A DNA stretch of 64,000 nt from Alphaproteobacteria bacterium (GCA_965261975.1 CBDHEC010000036.1:1-64000); one strand, 5' to 3'; counted from the first letter of the stretch, positions 37,753 through 47,914 are shown. Notes: generated from the sequence alone by a model not told the origin. Made by a program: numbers and translations.

Positions 37753-38300
37753 GCGACACGGTAATCAGACCCGACGCTGCCACACCCGATTGGGCCGATG
37801 CGCTCTATGACGTGCTGGTGCAGCAGAATATTCGCCAGGTTGCCTATGTGCCCGATGCCGGGCATTCCCGTCTGATCGAGCGGTGCGAGGACAACCCGGA
37901 CATGTGTGCGACCACTCTCACCACCGAGGAAGACGGTGTGGCAATGCTGGCCGGCGCCTGGCTGGGTGGTGATCGCGGTGTGTTGCTCATGCAGTCGAGC
38001 GGCGTGGGCAACTGTGTGAACATGTTCACCCTGATCGAGAATTGCCGGATCCCGCTTGTGGCGGTGATCACGATGCGCGGCGAGTGGGGTGAATTTAACC
38101 CGTGGCAGGCCCAGATGGGCCAGGCAACGCCCGACGTGCTCACCCGGATGGGGGTGCAGGCACATCGGGTCGATGCCCCCGAAGAGGCCGCACCGACATT
38201 GGACGCGGCGATCCGGCAATCCTTCGACGGGTCGCTCGCCTCGGCGGTGCTGCTTTCCCAGCGTCTGATCGGCCGCAAGGCCTTCACGGAGGAGGGATGA
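37749..38300 (+). CDS. ThDP-dependent decarboxylase alpha subunit (sulfopyruvate/phosphonopyruvate decarboxylase-like)
   Basis: YVPD, TTEEDGVAMLAGAWLGG, LLMQSSGVGN, RGEWGE. Confidence 0.85.
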   Translation: MSDTVIRPDAATPDWADALYDVLVQQNIRQVAYVPDAGHSRLIERCEDNPDMCATTLTTEEDGVAMLAGAWLGGDRGVLLMQSSGVGNCVNMFTLIENCRIPLVAVITMRGEWGEFNPWQAQMGQATPDVLTRMGVQAHRVDAPEEAAPTLDAAIRQSFDGSLASAVLLSQRLIGRKAFTEEG

Positions 38301-38301
38301 C

Positions 38302-38886
38302 ATGACAGGCCCTCTTCTCGACCGACGCGAGGCCGTCGCGCGGCTTCTGCAGGACCGCGGCGAACTGCTCGTGGTCTCCGGGCTCGGCTCGGCGACCTAT
38401 GACTGCGCGGCAGCGGGCGACGACCCGCGCAACTTCTATCTCTGGGGCGCCATGGGTGGGACCGCCGCCCTGGCGCTCGGGTTGGCGCAGGCCCAGCCGG
38501 ACCGGCCGGTCGCCGCGATAACCGGCGACGGGGACATGCTGATGGGGCTCGGCAGCCTGGCGACGATCGGTACCGCCAAACCGGCGAACCTGTCGGTGAT
38601 CGTGCTCGACAACGAGGTGTATGGCGAGACCGGCGCCCAGCCAACGGCCACGGCCGGCGGCGTGAGCCTCGTGGAGGTGGCACGCGGCTGCGGGATCGAG
38701 GCACTCGAGGATATCCGGGACATGAACGCGCTGGGTACGCTTGCAGGGCGCATGCAGCGCTGCGAGGGGCCGCTTTTCGCCAACATCAAGATCGAGGCGG
38801 GCGAGCATCCACGCGTGCTCCCCGCACGCGACGGGGCCTATCTGCGCTCGCGGTTCCGCGAGGCGGTATTGGGCACCGGCCCGTAA
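38302..38886 (+). CDS. ThDP-dependent decarboxylase beta subunit
   Basis: GAMG, GDGDMLMGLG...LDNEVYGETG ThDP motif. Confidence 0.85.
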   Translation: MTGPLLDRREAVARLLQDRGELLVVSGLGSATYDCAAAGDDPRNFYLWGAMGGTAALALGLAQAQPDRPVAAITGDGDMLMGLGSLATIGTAKPANLSVIVLDNEVYGETGAQPTATAGGVSLVEVARGCGIEALEDIRDMNALGTLAGRMQRCEGPLFANIKIEAGEHPRVLPARDGAYLRSRFREAVLGTGP

Positions 38887-38924
38887 GGCCGGGACATACC
38901 GAACAAATCCAGAGGGAGGACATC

Positions 38925-39809
38925 ATGGCTGAGAAGGTTGGAATTCTGGGACTTGGACTGATCGGCGGTATCACGGCCGAGATCCTGATGCCCGAAGGCT
39001 ACGAATGTGCAGCCGTTCGCCGCCCGAGCACGGAGAGCTTTCCCGACACTGGCGGCAAGTTGTTTGATACGGCACGCGAGCTCGCCGAATGGTCCGACGT
39101 GGTGATTTCGGCGCTCCCGAGCACCGACGCCTCCCGCACCGCGCTGGAAGGCCCCGACGGCTTGTTGGCAGGTGCCCATGAAGGCCTGACCATCATCGAG
39201 ATGAACACCTTCCCGGTGGGTGAGAAGGAACGTGTACGCGACCAGGTGGCTGACACGCCGGCGAAAATCATCGATTGCCCGCTCAGCGGTACCCAGCCGA
39301 TCATTCGCGCGGGCAAGGGTGTCATCATGATGAGCGGCGACGAGGCCTTGTGTGAATCCGTGAAGCCGATGCTGGAGCTCGTTTGCCCGAAGACGTTTTA
39401 TGTTGGCGAGTACGGCACGGGCATCAAGCTCAAGCTGATGATCAACTTCATGGTCGGCGCGAATACGGTGGCCTTGGCCGAAGGCATGCTGTTCGGCGCC
39501 CAGATGGGGCTCGATCCCGAGCAGATGATCGATATCGTGGGACCCAGTGCCGCCGGGTCGGTCGTGTTCGGCATGCGCGCGGGCATCATCAAGGACCGGT
39601 CATGGCAGCCCTGCGCGGGCCCCAGCAAGCTGCTGTGGAAGGATCTCGATATCGTCGAGGAACAGGCCGATGCGCTGGGCCTGTCCGCGCCGTTGCTGCG
39701 GATCTGCAACGACTATTACAAGAAGATCGAGAAGGCCGGGCGGCTCGAGGATGAGTGCTCGGTGGTCTACGAGATCCTCGAGAGCGAGATCAAGGCGGCT
39801 GCGGAATAG
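38925..39809 (+). CDS. NAD(P)-dependent beta-hydroxyacid dehydrogenase family protein
   Basis: GILGLGLIG, DCPLSG, KLMIN. Confidence 0.85.
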   Translation: MAEKVGILGLGLIGGITAEILMPEGYECAAVRRPSTESFPDTGGKLFDTARELAEWSDVVISALPSTDASRTALEGPDGLLAGAHEGLTIIEMNTFPVGEKERVRDQVADTPAKIIDCPLSGTQPIIRAGKGVIMMSGDEALCESVKPMLELVCPKTFYVGEYGTGIKLKLMINFMVGANTVALAEGMLFGAQMGLDPEQMIDIVGPSAAGSVVFGMRAGIIKDRSWQPCAGPSKLLWKDLDIVEEQADALGLSAPLLRICNDYYKKIEKAGRLEDECSVVYEILESEIKAAAE

Positions 39810-39836
39810 GTGCGGGCGGTTTTGTAAGCCGCCGTT

Positions 39837-40751
39837 CTACATATGCGAGAAGAGAACGCGACCGGCGGTCGGCATGTCGGCCGTCAGCACCTTTCCGCTC
39901 GATGATTCCGTGATGTAGAGGGTCTTGCCGTCGGGGCCGCCATAGGCGCAATTCGTGGTCAGCGGGCCGGCGCAGGAATTGATCCGGTGGATGGGTTCGC
40001 CATTGGCCGCGAAGACCCAGATCGCGCCGAACCCCACGTGACAAACGAGAATGCTGTCGTCCGCGCCCGCCGCCATGCCGTCGGGGCCGGTGCCGCCCGA
40101 CATCCGCGCGAAACGCCCGACCTGGTCGGCGCGGCCGCGGTCGGCCAGCCGCATGCGCCAGACCGCGTTGTCGCGAGTGAGGCCGACATACAGGATTTTC
40201 TCGTCGCTGCTCAGGACCAGCCCGTTCGGGCTCGGCAGGTCCGCACAGACGAGTTCGAGGCCGCCGTCCGCATGCAGGCAGAACACCCGGCCCGAACGGT
40301 CGATCAGGTCCGACGTGCCCTGGTCGGTGAAGTACAGATCGCCGTTCGACGCGAAGGTCAGGTCGTTGGTGCCGCGAAACCGCTCATTGGTGTTGCGCAC
40401 CAGATAGGGCTCGACGGTGCCGGCCTCGGGGTCGAGGCGCATCAGGCCGTGATAATGGTCGGCGATGATGCCGTGTCCGTCCTTGTGGAAGACCAGGCCG
40501 TTCGGTTCGCCGTCATAGGTGCAGGCGAGTTCGATGTCCCCGGCGGGGGATATCCGGAACAGCCGGCCCCAGGCGACGTCGACGAGCCAAAGATTGCCGG
40601 CGCGATCGAATGAAGGGCCTTCCAGGAAACTGGGCGTGTTCGGGCGGCCGAACAGGAGCTTTGCCCATTCGGACTCACGGTCGTTGATGCCGTGGATGGC
40701 ATTCACATCGGCGAACACCCGGGTTTCGATGACGGGGGGCGGAGCGAACAT
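39837..40751 (-). CDS. SMP-30/gluconolactonase family protein
   Basis: FLEGPSFD, PNGL, NDL, PDG, TTNCAYGG. Confidence 0.88.
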   Translation of the reverse strand: MFAPPPVIETRVFADVNAIHGINDRESEWAKLLFGRPNTPSFLEGPSFDRAGNLWLVDVAWGRLFRISPAGDIELACTYDGEPNGLVFHKDGHGIIADHYHGLMRLDPEAGTVEPYLVRNTNERFRGTNDLTFASNGDLYFTDQGTSDLIDRSGRVFCLHADGGLELVCADLPSPNGLVLSSDEKILYVGLTRDNAVWRMRLADRGRADQVGRFARMSGGTGPDGMAAGADDSILVCHVGFGAIWVFAANGEPIHRINSCAGPLTTNCAYGGPDGKTLYITESSSGKVLTADMPTAGRVLFSHM

Positions 40752-40756
40752 TCCGG

Positions 40757-41656
40757 TCAGGCCCCGTTCGTGCGGTTCAGGCGCGCCACGATCGCGTCGA
40801 ACAGGTCACCGGGGTTCTGGTCGAGGACATCTTCGCCGGCTGTCTCGAGCACCTCGTCGATGCGCCGGGAGATCAGCGACTGGGCTTGGTAACGCGCCCG
40901 CGCACGCCGCACTGCGTCGGCGTCGCCATGGTCGGCGCGCCAGGCAGTGTGGGCATTGATCGCGTCGTCGAGGGCTGCGAAGCCCTGGGGGTCGTCGCGT
41001 GATGTCATGATGACGGGGGGTGTCCAGCCGTCGGCGCTTTGATGGGCGGCCACTTGCTCGATCTCGGCGGCCATGAGGTCGGCACCCGGCAAGTCGGCCT
41101 TGTTCACCACATAGATATCCGCCATCTCGAGGATGCCGGCCTTCATCGCCTGGATCGCGTCGCCGGAATGGGGCACCAGGATGAGCACCACCGTGTCGAC
41201 CAGTGTTCGGATGGTGTATTCGGCCTGCCCGACGCCCACGGTCTCGAGAATAATCTCGTCGAAGCCGTGCCCTTCCATGGCGTTGAGCAAATCGGCGGTG
41301 TTGTCCGCCAGGCCATCATGGGCGCGGCGCGAGGGAATTGAGCGGATGAAGATATCCGGGTCGTCGGCGATGGCATCCATGCGGATACGGTCGCCGAGAA
41401 GCGAGCCCTGGGACACCGGGCTCGACGGATCGACCGCCAGGACAGCGACCTTCCGGTCGGTCCGTTTTCGAAGTTTGGTGAGCCGGGCGATGAGCGAACT
41501 CTTGCCGGCCCCCGGCGCGCCGGTGATGCCGATACGCGGCAGATCGCCTGCGGCACCCTCACTGTGTTGGGCCAGGGTCTCCGATACGTCGGCATTGGCG
41601 ATGCGCGACAGGGCGCGGCTGAGGTTGCGCCGCGGATTTCGTGAGGTGCCGCTCAT
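40757..41656 (-). CDS. meaB: MeaB/ArgK G-protein chaperone of B12 mutases
   Basis: GAPGAGKSS, AVDPSS...LGDRIRM, ETVGVGQ, NKAD. Confidence 0.88.
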   Translation of the reverse strand: MSGTSRNPRRNLSRALSRIANADVSETLAQHSEGAAGDLPRIGITGAPGAGKSSLIARLTKLRKRTDRKVAVLAVDPSSPVSQGSLLGDRIRMDAIADDPDIFIRSIPSRRAHDGLADNTADLLNAMEGHGFDEIILETVGVGQAEYTIRTLVDTVVLILVPHSGDAIQAMKAGILEMADIYVVNKADLPGADLMAAEIEQVAAHQSADGWTPPVIMTSRDDPQGFAALDDAINAHTAWRADHGDADAVRRARARYQAQSLISRRIDEVLETAGEDVLDQNPGDLFDAIVARLNRTNGA

Positions 41657-42795
41657 TTGGCCGCAGCGGCGGGCGGGGTGCCCAGGATTTCGTCGGTATG
41701 TTCGCCCAGAAGCGGCGGCAGGCCGTAGCGCGGCGGATGATCGGTCATCTTGATCGGGTTGCCCACCACCCGCAGCGCACCATCGGGCGTTGGGATCACC
41801 GCGATCATCTCGCGTGATGCGGCCATGTCCCCGTCGAGTGCCTGGTCGAGGGTTTCGACACCGGAAACCACAAGGCCCTCATTGCCCAGTATTTCAACCC
41901 AATGCGCGGTGGCTTGTTTCTTCATGAGGTCGCCGACGGCGCCAATCACGGCGTCGCGGTTCTCCGAGCGTGCGCTCATGGTCGCGAGGTTCGGGTCGCG
42001 CGCCTGGTCGTGCCAGCCGACAACCTCGCAGAATTTCTGCCAGAACTTGTCGGTCGAGATGAACAACATCAGGTGCCCGTCACGGGTCTCGAAGACCTGG
42101 GCCGGGACCATGTAGGGATGCGCGCTGTGCGACGTTCGCTGCGGCACGATGCCATGGTTGAGGTAGCCCGACGCCAGGTAGTTGAGCTGGGCAAGCATGG
42201 TGTCGAAGAGCGACACATCGACCTGGCCGCCCTTGCCCTCGATGATTTTTGCCAGCAACCCGATGGCACCCATCATGCCGGTGGAGTTGTCGACGGCAGA
42301 ATAGCCGGCCTTGGTCGGCGCGGTGCCGGGATCGCCGGTCAGGGTCATGACGCCGGTGAGCGCCTGGACGATGTAGTCATAGGCGGGTTTGTCGGCATAG
42401 GGGCCGTCGAGACCGAACCCCGTCAATGCCAGGCATACCAGGTTCGGATTGTGCGTTTTCAGCTCGTCATGGGTCAGGCCGAAGCGCCGAATGGTGGACG
42501 GGCGCAGATTGGTAATCAGGCCCTGCGCATCGGCGGCCAACGCGCCGAGTTGAGATTTGCCCGCCGGGGTGTTCAGGTCGAGGACGATGGATCTCTTGTT
42601 GCGGTTGAGGCTCGCGAAATAGTCGTTATAGGGCCCCGTGAACTGCTTGGTAATGTTTCGGGCCATGTCGCCGCCGGGCGGCTCGACCTTGATCACGTCG
42701 GCACCCAGATCGCCCAGAATCATGCTGCAAAACGGTCCCGCGAGGACGTGCGCGACCTCGATGATCCGGACGCCGGCGAGGGGGCCTTCGCTCAC
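41653..42795 (-). CDS. Family III CoA-transferase (CaiB/BaiF)
   Basis: PLAGVRI..LAGP..LGADVIKVEPPGGD, NRNKRS, PPLLGEHT. Confidence 0.92.
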   Translation of the reverse strand: MSEGPLAGVRIIEVAHVLAGPFCSMILGDLGADVIKVEPPGGDMARNITKQFTGPYNDYFASLNRNKRSIVLDLNTPAGKSQLGALAADAQGLITNLRPSTIRRFGLTHDELKTHNPNLVCLALTGFGLDGPYADKPAYDYIVQALTGVMTLTGDPGTAPTKAGYSAVDNSTGMMGAIGLLAKIIEGKGGQVDVSLFDTMLAQLNYLASGYLNHGIVPQRTSHSAHPYMVPAQVFETRDGHLMLFISTDKFWQKFCEVVGWHDQARDPNLATMSARSENRDAVIGAVGDLMKKQATAHWVEILGNEGLVVSGVETLDQALDGDMAASREMIAVIPTPDGALRVVGNPIKMTDHPPRYGLPPLLGEHTDEILGTPPAAAAK

Positions 42796-43190
42796 CCGCC
42801 GAGCTCCGCATCGAGGGCGTCGACCACATCATTGACCGCCATTTCGGCCGTGAAGATTCCCCGGGCACCGGCATCGCGCAGTTCGTCATGGTCTTCCGCC
42901 GGGATGGTGCCACCGACAAACACCCGAATATCACCGGCATCGAGTTCGTTGAGGCAGCGCACCGTCTCCTCGACCAGTTCCTTATGGCTGCCCGACAGGA
43001 TGGACAGTCCCACCGCGTCGACATCCTCGTCGACCGCGACACGGGCGATGTAGTCGGGCGTGCGGCGCAGGCCGGTATAGATCACGTCGGCGCCGGCATC
43101 ACGCAGCGCCAGGGCGATGATCTTGGCACCCACATCGTGCCCGTCGAGGCCCGGTTTCGCGATCAGAATGCGTTTTCCGTTCAGGCTCAT
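42792..43190 (-). CDS. Cobalamin-binding subunit of acyl-CoA mutase
   Basis: KPGLDGHDVG (DxHxxG), GLSILSG, VGG. Confidence 0.93.
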   Translation of the reverse strand: MSLNGKRILIAKPGLDGHDVGAKIIALALRDAGADVIYTGLRRTPDYIARVAVDEDVDAVGLSILSGSHKELVEETVRCLNELDAGDIRVFVGGTIPAEDHDELRDAGARGIFTAEMAVNDVVDALDAELGG

Positions 43191-43199
43191 GATGCGATC

Positions 43200-44843
43200 C
43201 TACAGCCTCACCGGTTCTTCGAATTCACCCCATTGGCGCTTCAGGGTGGCCACCATTTCACCGACGGTTGCATAAGCATGGCAGCAATCGATGAGGTACG
43301 GCATCAGGTTCTTGCTGTCGTCCGCCGCAGCGGCCTCCAGCGCGGCGAGTGACGTTGCGACCGCATCATTGTCACGGCTGTCGCGCACCCGCTCGAATTT
43401 CTCGACGACACGGGCGCTGGCGCCCGGGTCGAGCTTGAAGAGCTCGGCAACACCGTCGTTCTGATCCTCGCGGCGGAAGTGATTCTGGCCGACGACGACC
43501 GTCTCGCCGCTATCGATCTTGTGTTTGCGCTCGGATGCCCGCTGCGCAATCTTCATCTGCAGCCAGCCGTCTTCGACCGCCTTGGTCACGCCGCCATAGG
43601 TCTCGATATCGTCGATGACCTTCATGATCTCGTCTTCCATCTGGTCGGTCAGCCATTCCACATAATGGCTGCCGCCCAACGGATCGACGGTGCGCGCGAT
43701 GCCGGATTCATGAGCCACGATCTGCTGGGTGCGGACCGCGATCTCCGCCGAATGCTCGGTCGGGATCTGGTAGGCCTCGTCGAAGGCGGCGGTGAAGATC
43801 GATTGGGCGCCGCCCATCACGGCCGCCATGTTCTCGATGCCGACGCGGACGACGTTGTTGTAGGGCTGGGCGCCGACCAGGGACGAACCGCCGCAAACGA
43901 CGCCAAATCGAAACATAAGCGCCTTGGGATCCTGCACGCCGTAGCGATCCTGCAACAACTTGGCCCAAAGTCGCCGGCCCGCCCGGAACTTGCAGACCTC
44001 TTCGAAGAAATCCATGTGGACATAGAAGAAGAAACTGAGCCGGCGTGCGAACTTCTCGACATCGCCGCCCCGGCGGATCAATTCGTCGATATAGGCCAGG
44101 CCGTTGGCCAGGGTGTAGCCCATCTCCTCGACCGCCGTGCAGCCGGCGTCGCGCACATGCGCCCCGGCGATGCTGATAGCGTTGAAGCGCGGCGTCTGGT
44201 CGTAGGAGAAAAGAATCGTATCGGCGATAAGCCGCATGGACGGGCGTACCGGGAAAATCCAGGTGCCGCGCGCCACATATTCCTTGAGGATGTCGTTCTG
44301 GATGGTGCCGGTGAGTTTCTCGCGGGGCACACCCTTCTTGTCGGCCACGGCGCAATACATGGCGTAGATGATCGACGCGGTGCCGTTGATTGTGAAAGAG
44401 GTCGAGATGCCGCCGAGATCAATACCATCGAAAAGAATCTCGGCCTCCGCGAGGCTCGAGAGCGAGACGCCGACCTTGCCGACTTCGGTTTTTGCGATCG
44501 GGTCGACCGGGTCGTAGCCGCACTGGGTCGGCAGGTCGAGTGCGACCGAGAGGCCGGTCTGGCCTTGATCGAGCAGGAACCGATAGCGTTCGTTTGATTC
44601 CTCCGCCGTCCCGAATCCCGAATATTGCCGGATCGTCCAGAGCCGTCCCCGGAAACCGTCGGGGAAGATGCCGCGTGTGTACGGGAATTCGCCCGGCATT
44701 CCCTGATCAGGGTTACTGACCATGTCCGGTGTCACCACCGGCGGCACTTCGATGCCCGAAGGGGTCGCGGTGGAGGGTTTGGTCGGCGGTTCGCGCCGCG
44801 CCGCGTCGGTTTCGTTTTTCCGGGAGGCAGAGTTGTCGGCCAT
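43200..44843 (-). CDS. Acyl-CoA mutase substrate-binding subunit (MCM family, atypical active site)
   Basis: PYTRG, RQYSGF, GLSVALDLPTQ, QNDILKEY..R, RTQQ, DPLGGS. Confidence 0.92.
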   Translation of the reverse strand: MADNSASRKNETDAARREPPTKPSTATPSGIEVPPVVTPDMVSNPDQGMPGEFPYTRGIFPDGFRGRLWTIRQYSGFGTAEESNERYRFLLDQGQTGLSVALDLPTQCGYDPVDPIAKTEVGKVGVSLSSLAEAEILFDGIDLGGISTSFTINGTASIIYAMYCAVADKKGVPREKLTGTIQNDILKEYVARGTWIFPVRPSMRLIADTILFSYDQTPRFNAISIAGAHVRDAGCTAVEEMGYTLANGLAYIDELIRRGGDVEKFARRLSFFFYVHMDFFEEVCKFRAGRRLWAKLLQDRYGVQDPKALMFRFGVVCGGSSLVGAQPYNNVVRVGIENMAAVMGGAQSIFTAAFDEAYQIPTEHSAEIAVRTQQIVAHESGIARTVDPLGGSHYVEWLTDQMEDEIMKVIDDIETYGGVTKAVEDGWLQMKIAQRASERKHKIDSGETVVVGQNHFRREDQNDGVAELFKLDPGASARVVEKFERVRDSRDNDAVATSLAALEAAAADDSKNLMPYLIDCCHAYATVGEMVATLKRQWGEFEEPVRL

Positions 44844-44847
44844 CGGG

Positions 44848-45624
44848 TCAGCCTTTCTTCGCGGGAAGCACCTTTTCGGCGGCCTCCCAGTGGTCGTCAT
44901 GAACCCAGGTTTTCACGAACATGCGTGTCTCGGCGTCTTGCATCGTGGCACGTGAATCTCCGCGCCGGTGTGCATCGCTGACGGCCTTGAACGCGCGCAT
45001 GGACTGGGCCTTCTGCTTTCGGATCGGCTCGAGGAAAGCCTCGATGGTGTCGTCGATGTTTTCGGTTTCGGGCCCGATTGCGTCATACAGCCCGATATCA
45101 AGCGCGGTCGGCGCGTCGAGCATCTCGCCGGTGCTCATGAGTTTGAGCCCCCGCGCACGCCCGACCAGGTCGAGCAGGTCCGGCCCGCCGCCCCAGGCGG
45201 TGGCGAGGGCGAGACGACCCTGCACAAAGCCGATGCGCGCATGCGCTGCCGCGACCCGGAAATCGCAGGCGACGGCGAGTTCGGCACCGCCGCCGAAGGC
45301 ATTGCCGTTGAGGCCGGCGATCACGGGCACCGGGAAATCGCGGATCGCGTTGAACGCCGCCTTGGCATCGAGTGCCATTGTCTCCGCTTCCGCCTCGGTG
45401 CGAAGGCCGGCGAGTTCACGCAGGTCGCCGCCCGCGGCAAATGTCTTTTCGCCCGCGCCGCGCAAGACCGCCGCGACGAGACTCTCATCAGCCGCCGCCG
45501 CACGAAATGTTTCGCCGATCGCGGCGATGATCGAAATTGCGAGCGCGTTGTGTTTCTCCACCCGGTCGATGGTCACGTACAGGACGCGATCACGTGTTTC
45601 GCTCAGGAGATGTGCGTCGCTCAT
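44848..45624 (-). CDS. Enoyl-CoA hydratase/isomerase family protein
   Basis: FAAGGDL, PVIAGLNGNAFGGGAELAVACDFR. Confidence 0.9.
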   Translation of the reverse strand: MSDAHLLSETRDRVLYVTIDRVEKHNALAISIIAAIGETFRAAAADESLVAAVLRGAGEKTFAAGGDLRELAGLRTEAEAETMALDAKAAFNAIRDFPVPVIAGLNGNAFGGGAELAVACDFRVAAAHARIGFVQGRLALATAWGGGPDLLDLVGRARGLKLMSTGEMLDAPTALDIGLYDAIGPETENIDDTIEAFLEPIRKQKAQSMRAFKAVSDAHRRGDSRATMQDAETRMFVKTWVHDDHWEAAEKVLPAKKG

Positions 45625-45671
45625 ACCAATTCTTTCGTCACGGAAAACACCTTGCTGGTCGGCGAGGGCCG

Positions 45672-46709
45672 TTAGTCCTCGTCCATCTCCGCGGTGCGGT
45701 AGATGTAGTTGCCATCCATATAGGTGATGAAGAAATCATGGAACGACATCGGCTCGTAGACCGGTTCTTCGCCCGGGTTGATGCAGGTCGGGATCGGGTC
45801 GGCCACGGTTTCGTCATTGCAGTTATAGAAGAATGTCAGCGCATAGCGATGGTCGAGCGGCGGCACGACGCGGTGCGGTGTTGCGATGAAACGTCCGTTG
45901 GTCCAGCGATTGAAGAACTCGCCGGTGTTGACGACGATCGCGCCGCGCAAGGGCTCGATTTCCATCCATTTGCCCGATGGGCGCCATGACCTGCAGGTCC
46001 CGCCACGTCCATCAGGGGCAAGATATGTCATCGAGCTGTGATCGGAATGCGGCGAGAGGGAGAACTGCCCTTCCTCGGCATCCACGGGCGGATACCAGGC
46101 GCAACGGTTGTAGTATTCCGGGTGGGAGAACTTGTCGTCGAAATAGTCTGCCGGCATCTCCAGCGCCCGGGCATAGGCCGGCAGCATCCGTGTCGCCAGG
46201 ACCGCCATCGTCTCCTGATACTCGAGTAGGGTGGCTTGCGGAATTCGGGGAGTTCCTCGGGCCACTGGTTGAGGTTCCGGTGACGGATGTTGGCCTTCAC
46301 CTTGGGATCGTCGGCCGTCGCGTTCGCGCATGAACGCCCAGGCCTCGTTGAGGTCCTTCTTCTCGTTCTTTGCGATTTTCGACCAGCGCAGGATCAGTGA
46401 CTTGTTCGGGATGAAGCCCTGGTGGTGGAAATCCACCCGGTACTTCATCTTTGTCTCGTCGGAGAGTTTGAACAGTTCGGCGATCTGTTCGAAGCTGCGA
46501 TCGATCAATCCCTGGTCGATCCCGTGATTGATGATGCAGTAGAAACCAAGGCTTTCCTGTATGGCCCGCAGGTCGGTGGCGAACTGCTCGACGGCATCGG
46601 GGTCCCCTGACAGATAACCGCTGACATCGATGATCGGAATGCGTTCCTCAGCGATGCATTTCGCGACGTCGGGTGAAACCTGACGTTCCGATTCAGCGGC
46701 AACGGACAT
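45672..46709 (-). CDS. Isopenicillin-N-synthase-like 2OG-Fe(II) dioxygenase (internal compensated frameshifts)
   Basis: IPIIDVS, GFYCIINHG, HSD, WTNGRFIATPHRV; conserved NQWPEELPEF and LPLMDVAG lie in alternative frames. Confidence 0.8.
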   Translation of the reverse strand: MSVAAESERQVSPDVAKCIAEERIPIIDVSGYLSGDPDAVEQFATDLRAIQESLGFYCIINHGIDQGLIDRSFEQIAELFKLSDETKMKYRVDFHHQGFIPNKSLILRWSKIAKNEKKDLNEAWAFMRERDGRRSQGEGQHPSPEPQPVARGTPRIPQATLLEYQETMAVLATRMLPAYARALEMPADYFDDKFSHPEYYNRCAWYPPVDAEEGQFSLSPHSDHSSMTYLAPDGRGGTCRSWRPSGKWMEIEPLRGAIVVNTGEFFNRWTNGRFIATPHRVVPPLDHRYALTFFYNCNDETVADPIPTCINPGEEPVYEPMSFHDFFITYMDGNYIYRTAEMDED

Positions 46710-46791
46710 TTTGGCCTCCGTGATTCTTATGTTCGCCGGCCCCGCACCGCATGTGCGGTGCAGGGCGGGCCGAACAGGTCTTTGAGCCGGA

Positions 46792-47914
46792 CTACTGGGC
46801 GGCGGCGGCGGAATCCTCGTCTTCCGGCACCAGGTCGGCGAGGTTCGGCATGACTTCCTTGGCGAACAGCGACATGTTGTCGAGCCAATCCTGGAAGGGT
46901 TCGTAAACATACTGGACCTGCAGAACGGTGCCGAAGCCTCCCGTGTCGTCGTAGAGCTTGCGCAGTTTCTCGGTGACCGTATCGGGACTGCCGACGATCC
47001 AGATGTTGTCGCAGATATATTCCGCGGTCAGATCCTCGTCCTTGATGTCCTCGTTCTCCTTGTAGAGATCGACGACGCCGAGTGATTTGAGGACGTTGTA
47101 CATATAGTCGTTATAGGCCTTCGGGCCATGCCGCCGTTGAGCACATGGTCGCGTGCTTCCGCATCGGTTTTGCCGACATAGATCTCGCGCGCCACCCGCC
47201 AGTCCTTGCGGCTTGGCGTCCGGCCCGTTTCCTTGCCGCGCCCTGTTTCACCGCTTCCCAATGGGTGTTGAGGTTGGCGGCGGGCAGATAGTTGACGCTC
47301 ATCGGCATCCAGCCCTCGCGTCCCGCCGTCACCAGCGATTCCGAGTATTTGTGCAGTCCGGCCACGGCGATTGGCGGATGCGGGTCCTGATAGGGCCGGA
47401 TGTGATGGTAGAGCGGGATCTGCGGCATCGGTTCGGGCACCTTGAACTGCCAGAACTTGCCATTGTGTTCGAACGGGTCCTCTTCGGTCCAAAGACGCGT
47501 GGATGGCGTCGATCGCCTCGCGCATCCGCTCGCGATGCTCGCCTTCCTGATAGTCGATGTCGAAGAAGTGGAAATCGGTCGGGTGCGCCGCCCGCACCGA
47601 TGCCGAAGTTGAGGCGGCCTTTCGAGAGGTGATCGAGATACGCGATGCGCAAGTGCCACGAGACGCGGGTCGTGCATCGGCAGCAACACAACGCCGGTGC
47701 CGACCCGGATCTGCTCGGTCTGTGCGAATACGGTCGCGGCGAACAGGTCGGTCGCGGGAATGGGCTCCCACGGGATGGTGTAATGCTCGCCCATCCAGCC
47801 CTCGGTGTATCCGAGCTTGTCGGCATGGATATAGGTCTCGATGTCGCGGTGATAGTTGCCGTTCACGTCGCCCCCGGGCGGACGCAGAGGCATGCTGAAC
47901 ATTCCGTATTTCAT
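46792..47914 (-). pseudogene. Luciferase-like (LLM) flavin monooxygenase, multiply frameshifted (possibly assembly error)
   Basis: WMGEH, GTGVVLLP, LDHLSKGRLNFG, RPYQDPHPPI, IVGSPDTV spread over three frames, about 5 shifts. Confidence 0.75.

Noticed and set aside
46792-47914. Programmed ribosomal frameshifting in the LLM gene
   Set aside because: Too many shifts, no slippery heptamers, and neighbouring genes show the same pattern
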